A stretch of DNA of 64,000 bases from the NCBI RefSeq assembly GCF_009931435.1, contig NZ_CP043414.1, one strand, 5' to 3'. Positions 26,764 through 37,921 of the stretch are shown piece by piece (the first letter of the stretch is position 1; the number at the start of each line of letters is the position of its first letter). This stretch comes from Escherichia coli. Lineage in GTDB: Bacteria; Pseudomonadota; Gammaproteobacteria; Enterobacterales; Enterobacteriaceae. The notes below the pieces were generated by a model, which did no database searches, was not told the origin of the DNA, and saw only the letters and a program-made list of their open reading frames with translations. Made by a program: the position numbers and the translations under genes.

Positions 26764-26836
26764 AAAACGCTCCAGAGGGTTAACATTCTTCGCGCCACAT
26801 TGTAGCATCGCGGTAATGCATAACCGAGTACCTCAC

Positions 26837-28086
<1,250 letters not shown>

Positions 28087-28263
28087 TAGAGTAAGTAACT
28101 GGTTAATTTACATTCTGGTCGCGTGCGCAAATACGCTTTTCCTCACACAGTTGTCAAGTGTTACGTTTAGATAATTGCTATCCGGAAAAGCTTCTGCTAT
28201 TTATAGCGGCCTCATTTTTCCCCCGAACATGGGGATCGATAGTGCGTGTTAAGGAGAAGCAAC

Positions 28264-28719
28264 ATGCAAGAAGGGCAAAACCGTAAAACATCGTCCCTGA
28301 GTATTCTCGCCATCGCTGGGGTGGAGCCATATCAGGAGAAGCCGGGCGAAGAGTATATGAACGAAGCCCAGCTGGCGCACTTCCGTCGTATTCTGGAAGC
28401 ATGGCGTAATCAACTCAGGGATGAAGTCGATCGCACCGTTACACATATGCAGGATGAAGCAGCCAACTTCCCGGATCCGGTAGACCGTGCAGCCCAGGAA
28501 GAAGAGTTCAGCCTCGAACTGCGTAACCGCGATCGCGAGCGTAAGCTGATCAAAAAGATCGAGAAAACGCTGAAAAAAGTGGAAGACGAAGATTTCGGCT
28601 ACTGCGAGTCCTGCGGTGTTGAAATTGGTATTCGTCGTCTGGAAGCGCGCCCGACAGCCGATCTGTGCATTGACTGCAAAACGCTGGCTGAAATTCGCGA
28701 AAAACAAATGGCTGGCTAA
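28264..28719 (+). CDS. dksA: RNA polymerase-binding transcription factor DksA
   Basis: ORF 28246..28719; start placed at MQEGQNRK (151 aa); C4 zinc finger [25 protein letters not shown]. Confidence 0.95.
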   Translation: MQEGQNRKTSSLSILAIAGVEPYQEKPGEEYMNEAQLAHFRRILEAWRNQLRDEVDRTVTHMQDEAANFPDPVDRAAQEEEFSLELRNRDRERKLIKKIEKTLKKVEDEDFGYCESCGVEIGIRRLEARPTADLCIDCKTLAEIREKQMAG

Positions 28720-28746
28720 TTACAGCCGTTCCATCACGTTTACCAC

Positions 28747-28776
28747 AGGCGGGAAATGCTCCCGCCTTATTTTTTG
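28747..28776 (+). terminator. rho-independent terminator after dksA
   Basis: stem AGGCGGGA/TCCCGCCT with 5-nt loop followed by TTATTTTTT; overlaps the 5' end of the gluQ ORF. Confidence 0.75.
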
Positions 28777-29682
28777 TTCAACGAGATGACAGACACACAC
28801 TATATTGGCCGCTTTGCCCCCTCTCCTTCCGGCGAGCTTCATTTTGGCTCTCTGATTGCCGCGCTTGGAAGCTTTCTACAGGCTCGCGCCCGGCAAGGTC
28901 GCTGGCTTGTTCGCATTGAAGATATCGATCCGCCTCGTGAAGTTCCCGGTGCCGCAGAGACCATCCTGCGCCAGCTGGAACATTACGGTTTACACTGGGA
29001 CGGCGATGTTCTCTGGCAATCGCAACGTCACAACGCCTATCGCGAAGCACTCGCATGGTTACATGAGCAAGGGTTAAGTTATTACTGCACCTGCACGCGC
29101 GCACGTATTCAAAGCATTGGCGGTATTTACGACGGTCATTGCCGGGAGTTGCATCATGGGCCAGAAAACGCTGCTGTACGTATTCGCCAGCAGCATCCGG
29201 TCACCCAGTTTACTGACCAGCTGCGCGGCATTATTCATGCCGACCAAAAACTGGCGCGGGAAGATTTTATTATTCATCGTCGTGATGGTCTATTTGCCTA
29301 TAACCTGGCGGTGGTCGTTGACGATCACTACCAGGGCGTGACAGAAATTGTTCGTGGCGCGGATTTGATCGAACCCACGGTGCGCCAAATCTCGCTGTAC
29401 CAGCTTTTTGGCTGGCAGGTGCCAGATTACATTCATTTGCCACTGGCACTTAATCCACAAGGCGCTAAACTTTCCAAGCAGAATCATGCGCCTGCGTTGC
29501 CAAAAGGCGATCCTCGGCCGGTGTTAATCGCGGCACTTCAATTTCTGGGCCAGCAGGCAGAAACACACTGGCAGGATTTCAGCGTCGCGCAAATTCTCCA
29601 GTCAGCCGTCAAAAACTGGCGGCTCACCGCAGTGCCTGAGTCGGCAATTGTAAATTCAACATTCTCAAATGCGTCATGCTGA
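28756..29682 (+). CDS. gluQ: glutamyl-Q tRNA(Asp) synthetase
   Basis: 308-aa ORF from the ATG at 28756, which lies inside the dksA terminator; alternative in-frame ATG at 28786 (MTDTHY); class I aaRS HIGH-like motif ([10 protein letters not shown]). Confidence 0.85.
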   Translation: MLPPYFLFNEMTDTHYIGRFAPSPSGELHFGSLIAALGSFLQARARQGRWLVRIEDIDPPREVPGAAETILRQLEHYGLHWDGDVLWQSQRHNAYREALAWLHEQGLSYYCTCTRARIQSIGGIYDGHCRELHHGPENAAVRIRQQHPVTQFTDQLRGIIHADQKLAREDFIIHRRDGLFAYNLAVVVDDHYQGVTEIVRGADLIEPTVRQISLYQLFGWQVPDYIHLPLALNPQGAKLSKQNHAPALPKGDPRPVLIAALQFLGQQAETHWQDFSVAQILQSAVKNWRLTAVPESAIVNSTFSNASC

Positions 29683-29741
29683 GCTATGATTAGCCGCTAT
29701 TTTTTTGTCCTGAATGATGTTTGACACTACCGAGGTGTACT

Positions 29742-31139
29742 ATTTTTACCCGAGTCGCTAATTTTTGCCGCAAGGTGCTAAGCCGCGAGGAAAGCGAGGC
29801 TGAACAGGCAGTCGCCCGTCCACAGGTGACGGTGATCCCGCGTGAGCAGCATGCTATTTCCCGCAAAGATATCAGTGAAAATGCCCTGAAGGTAATGTAC
29901 AGGCTCAATAAAGCGGGATACGAAGCCTGGCTGGTTGGCGGCGGCGTGCGCGACCTGTTACTTGGCAAAAAGCCGAAAGATTTTGACGTGACTACTAACG
30001 CCACGCCAGAGCAAGTGCGCAAACTGTTCCGTAACTGCCGCCTGGTGGGTCGCCGTTTCCGTCTGGCTCATGTGATGTTTGGCCCGGAGATTATCGAAGT
30101 TGCGACCTTCCGGGGACATCACGAAGGTAACGTCAGCGACCGTACGACCTCCCAACGCGGGCAAAACGGCATGTTGCTGCGCGACAACATTTTCGGTTCC
30201 ATCGAAGAAGACGCCCAGCGCCGCGATTTCACTATTAATAGTCTGTATTACAGCGTGGCAGATTTTACCGTCCGTGATTACGTTGGCGGCATGAAGGATC
30301 TGAAGGACGGCGTTATCCGTCTGATTGGTAACCCGGAAACGCGCTACCGTGAAGATCCGGTACGTATGCTGCGCGCGGTTCGTTTTGCCGCCAAATTGGG
30401 CATGCGCATCAGCCCGGAAACCGCAGAACCGATCCCACGCCTGGCTACCCTGCTGAACGATATTCCTCCTGCACGCCTGTTTGAAGAATCGCTTAAACTG
30501 CTACAAGCGGGCTACGGTTACGAAACCTATAAACTGTTGTGTGAATACCATCTGTTCCAGCCGCTGTTCCCGACCATTACCCGCTACTTTACGGAAAATG
30601 GTGACAGTCCAATGGAGCGGATCATTGAGCAGGTGCTGAAGAATACTGACACGCGTATTCATAACGATATGCGCGTCAACCCGGCGTTCCTGTTTGCCGC
30701 CATGTTCTGGTATCCCCTGCTGGAAACAGCACAGAAAATCGCGCAAGAGAGCGGCCTGACTTATCACGACGCTTTCGCGCTGGCAATGAACGATGTGTTA
30801 GACGAAGCCTGCCGTTCACTGGCGATCCCGAAACGGCTAACCACTTTAACGCGTGATATCTGGCAGTTACAGTTGCGCATGTCCCGCCGTCAGGGTAAAC
30901 GCGCATGGAAATTACTCGAACATCCGAAGTTCCGTGCCGCTTATGACCTGCTGGCACTGCGTGCTGAAGTAGAACGCAACGCCGAGCTACAACGTCTGGC
31001 GAAATGGTGGGGTGAGTTCCAGGTTTCCGCGCCGCCGGACCAAAAAGGGATGCTTAACGAACTGGATGAAGAACCGTCACCGCGTCGTCGTACTCGTCGC
31101 CCGCGCAGACGTGCGCCGCGCCGTGAGGGCACCGCATGA
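29742..31139 (+). CDS. pcnB: poly(A) polymerase I
   Basis: ORF track opens at the TTG at 29721; no ATG near the 5' end; start placed at the ATT codon at 29742 (IFTRVANF), as reported for E. coli pcnB; nucleotidyltransferase GGGVRD motif. Confidence 0.85.
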   Translation: MFTRVANFCRKVLSREESEAEQAVARPQVTVIPREQHAISRKDISENALKVMYRLNKAGYEAWLVGGGVRDLLLGKKPKDFDVTTNATPEQVRKLFRNCRLVGRRFRLAHVMFGPEIIEVATFRGHHEGNVSDRTTSQRGQNGMLLRDNIFGSIEEDAQRRDFTINSLYYSVADFTVRDYVGGMKDLKDGVIRLIGNPETRYREDPVRMLRAVRFAAKLGMRISPETAEPIPRLATLLNDIPPARLFEESLKLLQAGYGYETYKLLCEYHLFQPLFPTITRYFTENGDSPMERIIEQVLKNTDTRIHNDMRVNPAFLFAAMFWYPLLETAQKIAQESGLTYHDAFALAMNDVLDEACRSLAIPKRLTTLTRDIWQLQLRMSRRQGKRAWKLLEHPKFRAAYDLLALRAEVERNAELQRLAKWWGEFQVSAPPDQKGMLNELDEEPSPRRRTRRPRRRAPRREGTA

Positions 31140-31612
31140 CAGTGGCGTATATTGCTATCGGCAGCAATCTGGCCTCTCCGCTGGAGCAGGTCAATGCTGC
31201 CCTGAAGGCAATAGATGACATTCCTGAAAGCCGCATTCTTGCCGTTTCTTCGTTTTACCGCACCCCACCACTGGGGCCGCAAGATCAACCCGATTACTTA
31301 AACGCAGCCGTGGCGCTGGAAACCTCTCTTACAGCTGAAGAACTCCTCAACCACACACAGCGTATTGAGTTGCAGCAAGGTCGCGTCCGCAAAGCTGAAC
31401 GCTGGGGACCGCGCACGCTCGATCTTGATATCATGTTGTTTGGTAATCAGGTCATAAACACTGAGCGCCTGACCGTTCCGCACTATGATATGAAGAATCG
31501 TGGATTTATGTTGTGGCCGCTGTTTGAGATCGCGCCGGAACTGGTGTTTCCTGATGGTGAAACGCTGCAAGCAAGACTCACTACTTTCCCTCCCTGCCCA
31601 CAGCACTGGTAA
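31136..31612 (+). CDS. folK: 2-amino-4-hydroxy-6-hydroxymethyldihydropteridine pyrophosphokinase
   Basis: 158-aa ORF recognised as HPPK; start overlaps the pcnB stop (ATGA). Confidence 0.93.
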   Translation: MTVAYIAIGSNLASPLEQVNAALKAIDDIPESRILAVSSFYRTPPLGPQDQPDYLNAAVALETSLTAEELLNHTQRIELQQGRVRKAERWGPRTLDLDIMLFGNQVINTERLTVPHYDMKNRGFMLWPLFEIAPELVFPDGETLQARLTTFPPCPQHW

Positions 31613-32115
31613 ACCACATTTCTGGAAAAGCGTATTGGGTAATGCAATGTTGTATAATATTATTTTATAGTTTCAATGAATTAATTCTCTCTCCCCCATC
31701 ATAAAAATCACAAAAAAACAGCATTAAACATATAATTACGGCAAATATATTTTCATTACCTATATTAACTTTTCTCTTTATAAGAGGTTTTTAATGATAA
31801 TGAACCAGTTTATTCTGGGTACTATGCCTCACTCCCGGTATTAGCACTGGATAGCGCTTAACTGGATTCTGTCAGGCTGGGACGGGGCAACAAGAGCATA
31901 CAACGACCAGTCCTTAACGCGTGATTATTAATTTCTACAGCGTATCATCATATTATTTAAATCTGCCCAACCTCACCAAATACATTCATAAAATGCATAA
32001 TGATAATAAATCATAAAATACATTCACCGAAGATATTTCTCTTTAAAGAGCGTGACATTTATAATAAGTATTGGTGAGAAAAATCACCCCCATTAATTTT
32101 TATAAGGATATTCCC

Positions 32116-32685
32116 ATGTTAAAAAAAAGTGCTATTGCTGCGGCATTAGTGATGTTCACCACTTCTGCTTTCGCGCTGGATGGCGGTCAATTAGATTTCG
32201 CGGGTTTGGTGAGTGACAACACTTGCGTCTTGCACGTCAACGGTGGCGCCCAGGACGGTCAGATTACCCTGCAAACCGCCACAACCACTGAAGTTAATCA
32301 GGCCGGTGTTGTCCAACTTGCCAGCCCTGGCGCAAAACCGGAAGCCTTCTCTATTACGATCGATTGCTCGGACGATCCACAGGGCGCCTCTGCCAATCTG
32401 AGCATGGGTTCCGTGTTCTTCAGCAACAGTCAGGGCACTCTGAACAACGATCTCTCCATTAGCCAGGCGGCTACCGGGGTCGCGATTGCCATTCACTACC
32501 TTACCGATGCCACTACCTACGAACAGATGAGAGTGAACGACAGCACTGATGTTAAAAACCTGCTGTTTACCAACGGCAAAGCGGTTTACAACTTTAAAGC
32601 GTCATATGTAAAACAGGCAGCAACAGTTAACGCAACGGCAGGTTATGTCAAAACCAACGCCGCTTATACAGTGACTTACCAGTAA
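32116..32685 (+). CDS. yadN: fimbrial major subunit, YadN family
   Basis: ORF 32071..32685; start placed at MLKKSAIAAALVMFTTSAFA (signal peptide); C-terminal ...YTVTYQ donor-strand motif; first gene of the operon next to folK; appears to be a divergent allele. Confidence 0.8.
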   Translation: MLKKSAIAAALVMFTTSAFALDGGQLDFAGLVSDNTCVLHVNGGAQDGQITLQTATTTEVNQAGVVQLASPGAKPEAFSITIDCSDDPQGASANLSMGSVFFSNSQGTLNNDLSISQAATGVAIAIHYLTDATTYEQMRVNDSTDVKNLLFTNGKAVYNFKASYVKQAATVNATAGYVKTNAAYTVTYQ

Positions 32686-32742
32686 ATATCTGCATCACCC
32701 GACAGCCCACGGGCTGTTGGGTCACTCAATAAGGATAGTGTT

Positions 32743-33486
32743 ATGACCAGGATGTGTCAGTTTATTGTTTCCACTGCTTTCGTCGCATCGACAGCCGTTT
32801 TCAGCCTCACCGCGCAAGCAGATATTGTGCTTTCCGGTACGCGCATTATTTATAATGCCGACCAGAAAGACGTCACATTGCGCATGGAAAACAAAGGTGC
32901 CCGCCCACTATTAGTTCAGACCTGGATTGATACCGGCAGCGAAAATGCCGACCCCAGCACACTGAAAGTGCCTTTTACCGTGACGCCGCCGGTTTCCCGC
33001 GTTGATGGTAAAAAAGGCCAAACGGTTAAAATTGCCTGGAGCGCCAGCCAGACCCTTCCAGCCGATCGCGAAAGCGTTTATTGGTTCAATGCGCTGGAAG
33101 TTCCCCCCAAGATGAACGATGCCGATGCCAAGGGAAAAAACATTCTGCAATTGGCTTTCCGTACCCGTATCAAGCTGTTCTATCGCCCAACCGGCCTGGC
33201 GGGTAACCCGGCTGATGCACCAAAACAGTTAACCTGGCGTCTCCAGTCTTCAGCCGGAAAAGTGGTGTTGCAGGCAACAAACCCAACGCCTTATCACGTC
33301 TCATTCAGCAGTATTACCCTTGCCTCAGGCGGTAATAAATATACCGTGGAAAGCAGTATGGTCGAGCCCAAAAGCAGTGCGGAAATGGTGGTAAAAGGCG
33401 CTCCCCGTTCTGTGTCTGGCGCAACAGTTGAGTACTCAGCCATTAATGATTTTGGCGGTGGCATTGACGGCAAAGTCAAACTTTGA
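32743..33486 (+). CDS. ecpD: PapD-like periplasmic fimbrial chaperone
   Basis: 247-aa ORF with signal peptide and chaperone N-domain sequence (DIVLSGTRIIY...LLVQTWID); symbol by synteny (yadV/ecpD). Confidence 0.8.
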   Translation: MTRMCQFIVSTAFVASTAVFSLTAQADIVLSGTRIIYNADQKDVTLRMENKGARPLLVQTWIDTGSENADPSTLKVPFTVTPPVSRVDGKKGQTVKIAWSASQTLPADRESVYWFNALEVPPKMNDADAKGKNILQLAFRTRIKLFYRPTGLAGNPADAPKQLTWRLQSSAGKVVLQATNPTPYHVSFSSITLASGGNKYTVESSMVEPKSSAEMVVKGAPRSVSGATVEYSAINDFGGGIDGKVKL

Positions 33487-33518
33487 TGCCCACAGACGAG
33501 ATCGGCTGAGATCGTACA

Positions 33519-36125
33519 ATGAAGATCCCCCACGATGGCAAAAGAATTCAACGATCGCCGCTCGCTTGCCTGATTGCGTGTAGCCTGCTGCCCTGCACAC
33601 AAAATGTGTGGGGGGCAAACGAGACCGTTGAGTTTGATAACACGTTCCTGATGGGCGCAGGTGCCAGAGATATTGATGTCAATCGTTACAGCAAAGGTAA
33701 CGCAACATTGCCGGGGCGCTATGACGTCAGCGTGTTTATTAATAACCAGGCCAGCGCCAATCTGAAAATCGAGTTTATTGAATTAGACCCTGAACACGCT
33801 GCTCAGCCCTGTATCTCCACCAACACATTATTACAACTGCATATTCGCCAGCCAGAAAAGTTAGCGGATAACGCAATTTTGCAAAAACGCGAAAATGCTG
33901 CGCAGGATTGCCTGAACGTAGAGGTTGCTATTCCGCAATCGAGCGTCGCTTACAATAGCAACGATCAGCGGCTTGATATCAGCATGCCGCAAATCTGGCT
34001 GCAGAGAACCTATGCCAACTATGTCGATCCGTCGCTGTGGGATGAAGGCATCAATGCCGCAATGCTCTCTTACACCCTTAACGGCTGGCGCAGTGAATCC
34101 CCCAATCAAACCACAGAAACCAGCTACGCCGGACTGATGGGCGGTATCAATTTATGGGGATGGCATTTTCGCTCACATGGTAACTATTCGTGGGACAAAG
34201 AAGACGGCGGCAGTTTTGAATTTCAGGATAAATATCTGCAACGCGATATCGCCGCGCTCCGCTCTCAGCTGGTAATGGGTGAAACCAATACCACAGGAGA
34301 AACCTTCGACTCGGTGCCTATTCGCGGGCTGCGACTCTATAGCGAAAGCCGCATGTTGCCCCCTACGCTGGCGTCGTATGCGCCTGTTATCCGTGGCGTG
34401 GCAAACTCTAACGCGAAAGTCACGATCACCCAAAACGGTTATAAAATTTATGAAACGACCGTGCCGCCTGGTCCATTCGCGATTGACGATCTCACGCCGG
34501 CAGGGTTCGGCGCCGATCTCGAGGTGACCATCACCGAATCGGACGGTTCAAAACGTACGTTTAGTCAGGCTTATTCATCGGTGATCCAGATGATGCGTCC
34601 CGGCGTGGGCAAATGGGATATCAGCGCCGGTGAGGTCAATAAAGCGGAACTCCAGGATAAACCTAACCTGCTGCAAGGTACCTACTATTACGGGTTGAGT
34701 AACACCTTCACCGGCTACACCGGCCTGCAAATGACCGATAACGGTTACTGGGCCGGTTTATTAGGGGTGGGCATGAATACATCGCTGGGCGCTTTCTCCT
34801 TCGATGTTACTCAGTCTCATGCCGAAATTCCTGACGATAAAACCTATAGTGGACAGAGTTACCGTGTTTCATGGAACAAATATTTCGCCCCGACCGAAAC
34901 CTCACTCAACATTGCCGCCTATCGCTACTCCACTGAAAACTATCTGGGGCTGAACGACGCGTTAACGCTGATTAATTCTGCCAACCATCCTGATGAAGAA
35001 GGCTATTCGGGGATTGTCAGTTATGCACGCATGAAAAATCAGTTCAGCGTTAGCATTAATCAAACGTTAAAAAGTGATGAACGTGACTATGGCTCTTTCT
35101 ATGTGAATGGCACATGGACAGATTACTGGGTAACCAACGAATCACAGAGCAGTTTTGCCTTTGGCTACAGCAATGCCTTTAACTGGGCGAGCTACAGCGT
35201 CAGCCTGCAACGGACATACGATGAAGACAATAAGAAGGATGACTCGATTTATCTGAGTGTGACCATTCCGCTTGATAAACTGCTTGGCCGCGATAGCCAT
35301 CAGGGCGGGTTCAAAACCCTGAACACCAGCGTTAACAGCGACATGAAAGGGAGCTCACAATTTAACGCCAATGCCTCGGGCTACAGCCAGGATAATCGCT
35401 GGAGTTACAGCGTGAATACCGCCTATAACGTGCAGAAAAACAGCGACAGCCTGAAAAGTATCAGCGGTTATACCAGCTATGAGTCGCCGTGGGGAACATT
35501 TTCAGGCTCAGCCTCCACCAGCAGCGATCGCTCACGTCAGTATGGGCTCAGCACCGATGGCGGTTTTGTACTCCACCGCCACGGTCTGACCTTCAGTAAC
35601 GACAGTTTTACCGACTCTGACACGTTGGCGCTGATCAACGCCCCGGGTGCAAAAGGCGCGCGCATTAACTTTGGTAACAGCACCATCGACCGTTTTGGCT
35701 ACGGCGTGACCAGTTCACTGTCACCGTACCGGGAAAATACCGTCGCGCTCGATGTTAACGATCTGGATAACGACGTGGAGCTCAAAAACACCAGTAGCGT
35801 CGCCATTCCGCGCCAGGGTTCCGTCATTTTCAGCCACTTTGACACCGATACCGGGCGCTCCGCCATTCTCAATTTACTGCGTAGCAACAATCAGCCCGTG
35901 CCGTTTGCTTCCGATATTACCGACGAAAAAGGGACCTCTATCGGGACCGTCGGTCAGGGCAGTCAGGCATTTGTACGCGGCATTGCCGACAGCGGTGAAC
36001 TGACGGTCACCTGGTATGAGAAAAATAGTCGCCAGCAGTGCCGTATTCATTATCAGATACCGTCATCACCCACCATGACCGGTAAAACCATCGTACTCAA
36101 CGGCGTGCCATGCACCCAGCAATAA
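33519..36125 (+). CDS. htrE: fimbrial outer-membrane usher
   Basis: 868-aa ORF, size and sequence typical of FimD/PapC ushers; symbol by synteny. Confidence 0.85.
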   Translation: MKIPHDGKRIQRSPLACLIACSLLPCTQNVWGANETVEFDNTFLMGAGARDIDVNRYSKGNATLPGRYDVSVFINNQASANLKIEFIELDPEHAAQPCISTNTLLQLHIRQPEKLADNAILQKRENAAQDCLNVEVAIPQSSVAYNSNDQRLDISMPQIWLQRTYANYVDPSLWDEGINAAMLSYTLNGWRSESPNQTTETSYAGLMGGINLWGWHFRSHGNYSWDKEDGGSFEFQDKYLQRDIAALRSQLVMGETNTTGETFDSVPIRGLRLYSESRMLPPTLASYAPVIRGVANSNAKVTITQNGYKIYETTVPPGPFAIDDLTPAGFGADLEVTITESDGSKRTFSQAYSSVIQMMRPGVGKWDISAGEVNKAELQDKPNLLQGTYYYGLSNTFTGYTGLQMTDNGYWAGLLGVGMNTSLGAFSFDVTQSHAEIPDDKTYSGQSYRVSWNKYFAPTETSLNIAAYRYSTENYLGLNDALTLINSANHPDEEGYSGIVSYARMKNQFSVSINQTLKSDERDYGSFYVNGTWTDYWVTNESQSSFAFGYSNAFNWASYSVSLQRTYDEDNKKDDSIYLSVTIPLDKLLGRDSHQGGFKTLNTSVNSDMKGSSQFNANASGYSQDNRWSYSVNTAYNVQKNSDSLKSISGYTSYESPWGTFSGSASTSSDRSRQYGLSTDGGFVLHRHGLTFSNDSFTDSDTLALINAPGAKGARINFGNSTIDRFGYGVTSSLSPYRENTVALDVNDLDNDVELKNTSSVAIPRQGSVIFSHFDTDTGRSAILNLLRSNNQPVPFASDITDEKGTSIGTVGQGSQAFVRGIADSGELTVTWYEKNSRQQCRIHYQIPSSPTMTGKTIVLNGVPCTQQ

Positions 36126-36141
36126 TGTTCCAGGAGAGGAA

Positions 36142-36714
36142 ATGAGAGCTTTTTTACTACCGCCCCTGCTGCTGCTGACGTCGCTTTGTCTGCGCCCCGC
36201 ACTGGCAACCGATCTTTCGGTGAACTTTACCGCGACCATCAAAGAGACGACCTGTGCCATGACGCTCAACGCATTGAATGGGGCCAATATCAGCGGTGAT
36301 ACCGCAACAAATAACTATTATCTGGATCTGCCTGATATGGGTGTTTCAGACATTGTGAATAAATCGTCACTGTCGGAGGCTAATTTTAAAATCCTTGCCA
36401 GCAATTGTAATAACTATATTTCCGGCCTGTCGATGACCCTCAATGGCGCAGTCAGCAGCTATACAGATTCGTTAATCGGTAATGACCAGACCGTTTCCGG
36501 ACATACCAACTATGTTGGTCTTGGTATTAAACGTATGAACGCTGATGAAAATCTCCGCTTTAAACTCAACGGTAGCCAGCGAGTTACCTGGACGAATGAT
36601 GAAATAAGTAATGGATTAGATCTTACAGCCATGCTTCGTCAGACCACCACCGGGAATACGATCACCACAGGCCAATTCCAGGCCAAAGTGACTTTCGTCT
36701 TTACCTACCAATAG
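36142..36714 (+). CDS. yadM: fimbrial minor subunit, YadM-like
   Basis: 190-aa ORF with signal peptide and C-terminal VTFVFTYQ. Confidence 0.75.
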   Translation: MRAFLLPPLLLLTSLCLRPALATDLSVNFTATIKETTCAMTLNALNGANISGDTATNNYYLDLPDMGVSDIVNKSSLSEANFKILASNCNNYISGLSMTLNGAVSSYTDSLIGNDQTVSGHTNYVGLGIKRMNADENLRFKLNGSQRVTWTNDEISNGLDLTAMLRQTTTGNTITTGQFQAKVTFVFTYQ

Positions 36715-36719
36715 CAGGT

Positions 36720-37322
36720 TTGTTTATGAATTATCACAATATAACCTTTGTCTTGCTGCTGTGCTTTGGATATATCGCCATCGGCCACGCCGCCAGTAGC
36801 TCTATGGACGTTACGGTACGTGCTAAGGTCACTGCCAGTACCTGCACGGCGGAATTACGCGATGCGCAGGATCAGCAAGCCACCACCATCGCTATTGGCG
36901 ATGTCTATCTCAACGAGCTTTCCGCTAAATCGAAATACCAGAACTTCAGCCTGGTGTTTTCAAACTGCGAAGGGTTAGCAAAGGATCAGGCAAAAGTTGT
37001 GCTTTCTGCACAGACGGGCTGCGATGGCGCTTCCAGTACCGGTGGCGGATACCGTAATGCACTGACGACGGCGGACGATGATGCGGCAACCGGTGTTGCG
37101 GTTGAAGTGTGGACGACCAATCAGCCAGAAGGTCAGGGCAGCATTCAGCTTAATTGTAAAACCAAACCGACCAGTATTGTTGATTTAGCTGCGGCAACAG
37201 GCTCGAATATTGTCCAATGGCCGCTCAGTGCCCGGATTGTAGTAGCTTCCGATAACACCATCGCTGATGTACGCGCCGGGCAATTCTCCACTAATGCAGT
37301 CTTTTCTGTGACCTATGAGTAG
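36720..37322 (+). CDS. yadL: fimbrial subunit, YadL-like
   Basis: 200-aa ORF with signal peptide, Cys pair and C-terminal VFSVTYE. Confidence 0.75.
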   Translation: MFMNYHNITFVLLLCFGYIAIGHAASSSMDVTVRAKVTASTCTAELRDAQDQQATTIAIGDVYLNELSAKSKYQNFSLVFSNCEGLAKDQAKVVLSAQTGCDGASSTGGGYRNALTTADDDAATGVAVEVWTTNQPEGQGSIQLNCKTKPTSIVDLAAATGSNIVQWPLSARIVVASDNTIADVRAGQFSTNAVFSVTYE

Positions 37323-37895
37323 ATGATTATGAAAACAGTTATCTACATGATTGCGTTTTGGTTTTCTTACAACGTCATTGCAGCCAGTACCAATATTAAT
37401 ATGACTGCCAATATCATCAGCACCAGTTGCCGGGTCACGCTCGACAATAATGGAAATATTGATTTAGGCACAGTGGATTATAGCTATCTGAATAATAATA
37501 CCTCTGTCGATCGCGTCTATTCTGGCGGGCACCCCTTTTATATTACCGTCAGCGACTGCGCGCAGGTAGCGGGGAAAAATCCGGCCCACCTGACCGTCAG
37601 CTTTACGCCTTTGGCAGGCACCCTTGCGCCAACCAACCTCCAGGTATTCGCCAACCAGCAGGTCAACGGTGCAAAAAATGTCGGCGTGGTTATTTTATCG
37701 ACCGAGGACGCACAGCATATTTTCAATGTGCTCGACACGCGTGGTCAACCGCAAAGTATTTACCCCGTGACGCCCGAAACGATCGCTAACGCGACATACC
37801 ACTTTTACGCTCGGATGCAAAAAATTGACCCTACACAAGCGGTAACCAGCGGCGTGGTAAAAGCGAGCGTATTTGTTGGGGTTTATTATGAATAA
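37323..37895 (+). CDS. yadK: fimbrial subunit, YadK-like
   Basis: 190-aa ORF with signal peptide and C-terminal FVGVYYE; start abuts the previous stop. Confidence 0.75.
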   Translation: MIMKTVIYMIAFWFSYNVIAASTNINMTANIISTSCRVTLDNNGNIDLGTVDYSYLNNNTSVDRVYSGGHPFYITVSDCAQVAGKNPAHLTVSFTPLAGTLAPTNLQVFANQQVNGAKNVGVVILSTEDAQHIFNVLDTRGQPQSIYPVTPETIANATYHFYARMQKIDPTQAVTSGVVKASVFVGVYYE

Positions 37896-37921
37896 TCTAT
37901 ATCACTCTCAAGGATGAAGAG

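Noticed and set aside
26624-26836. 5' extensions of the longest ORFs for ligT (26624), cueO (51994), lpd (61081), yacC (51950), hpt (47682), yacL (54698), erpA (12394) and fhuC (19235)
   Set aside because: The extensions cross intergenic or terminator sequence and add non-conserved residues; the internal starts match the recognised N-termini and signal peptides.
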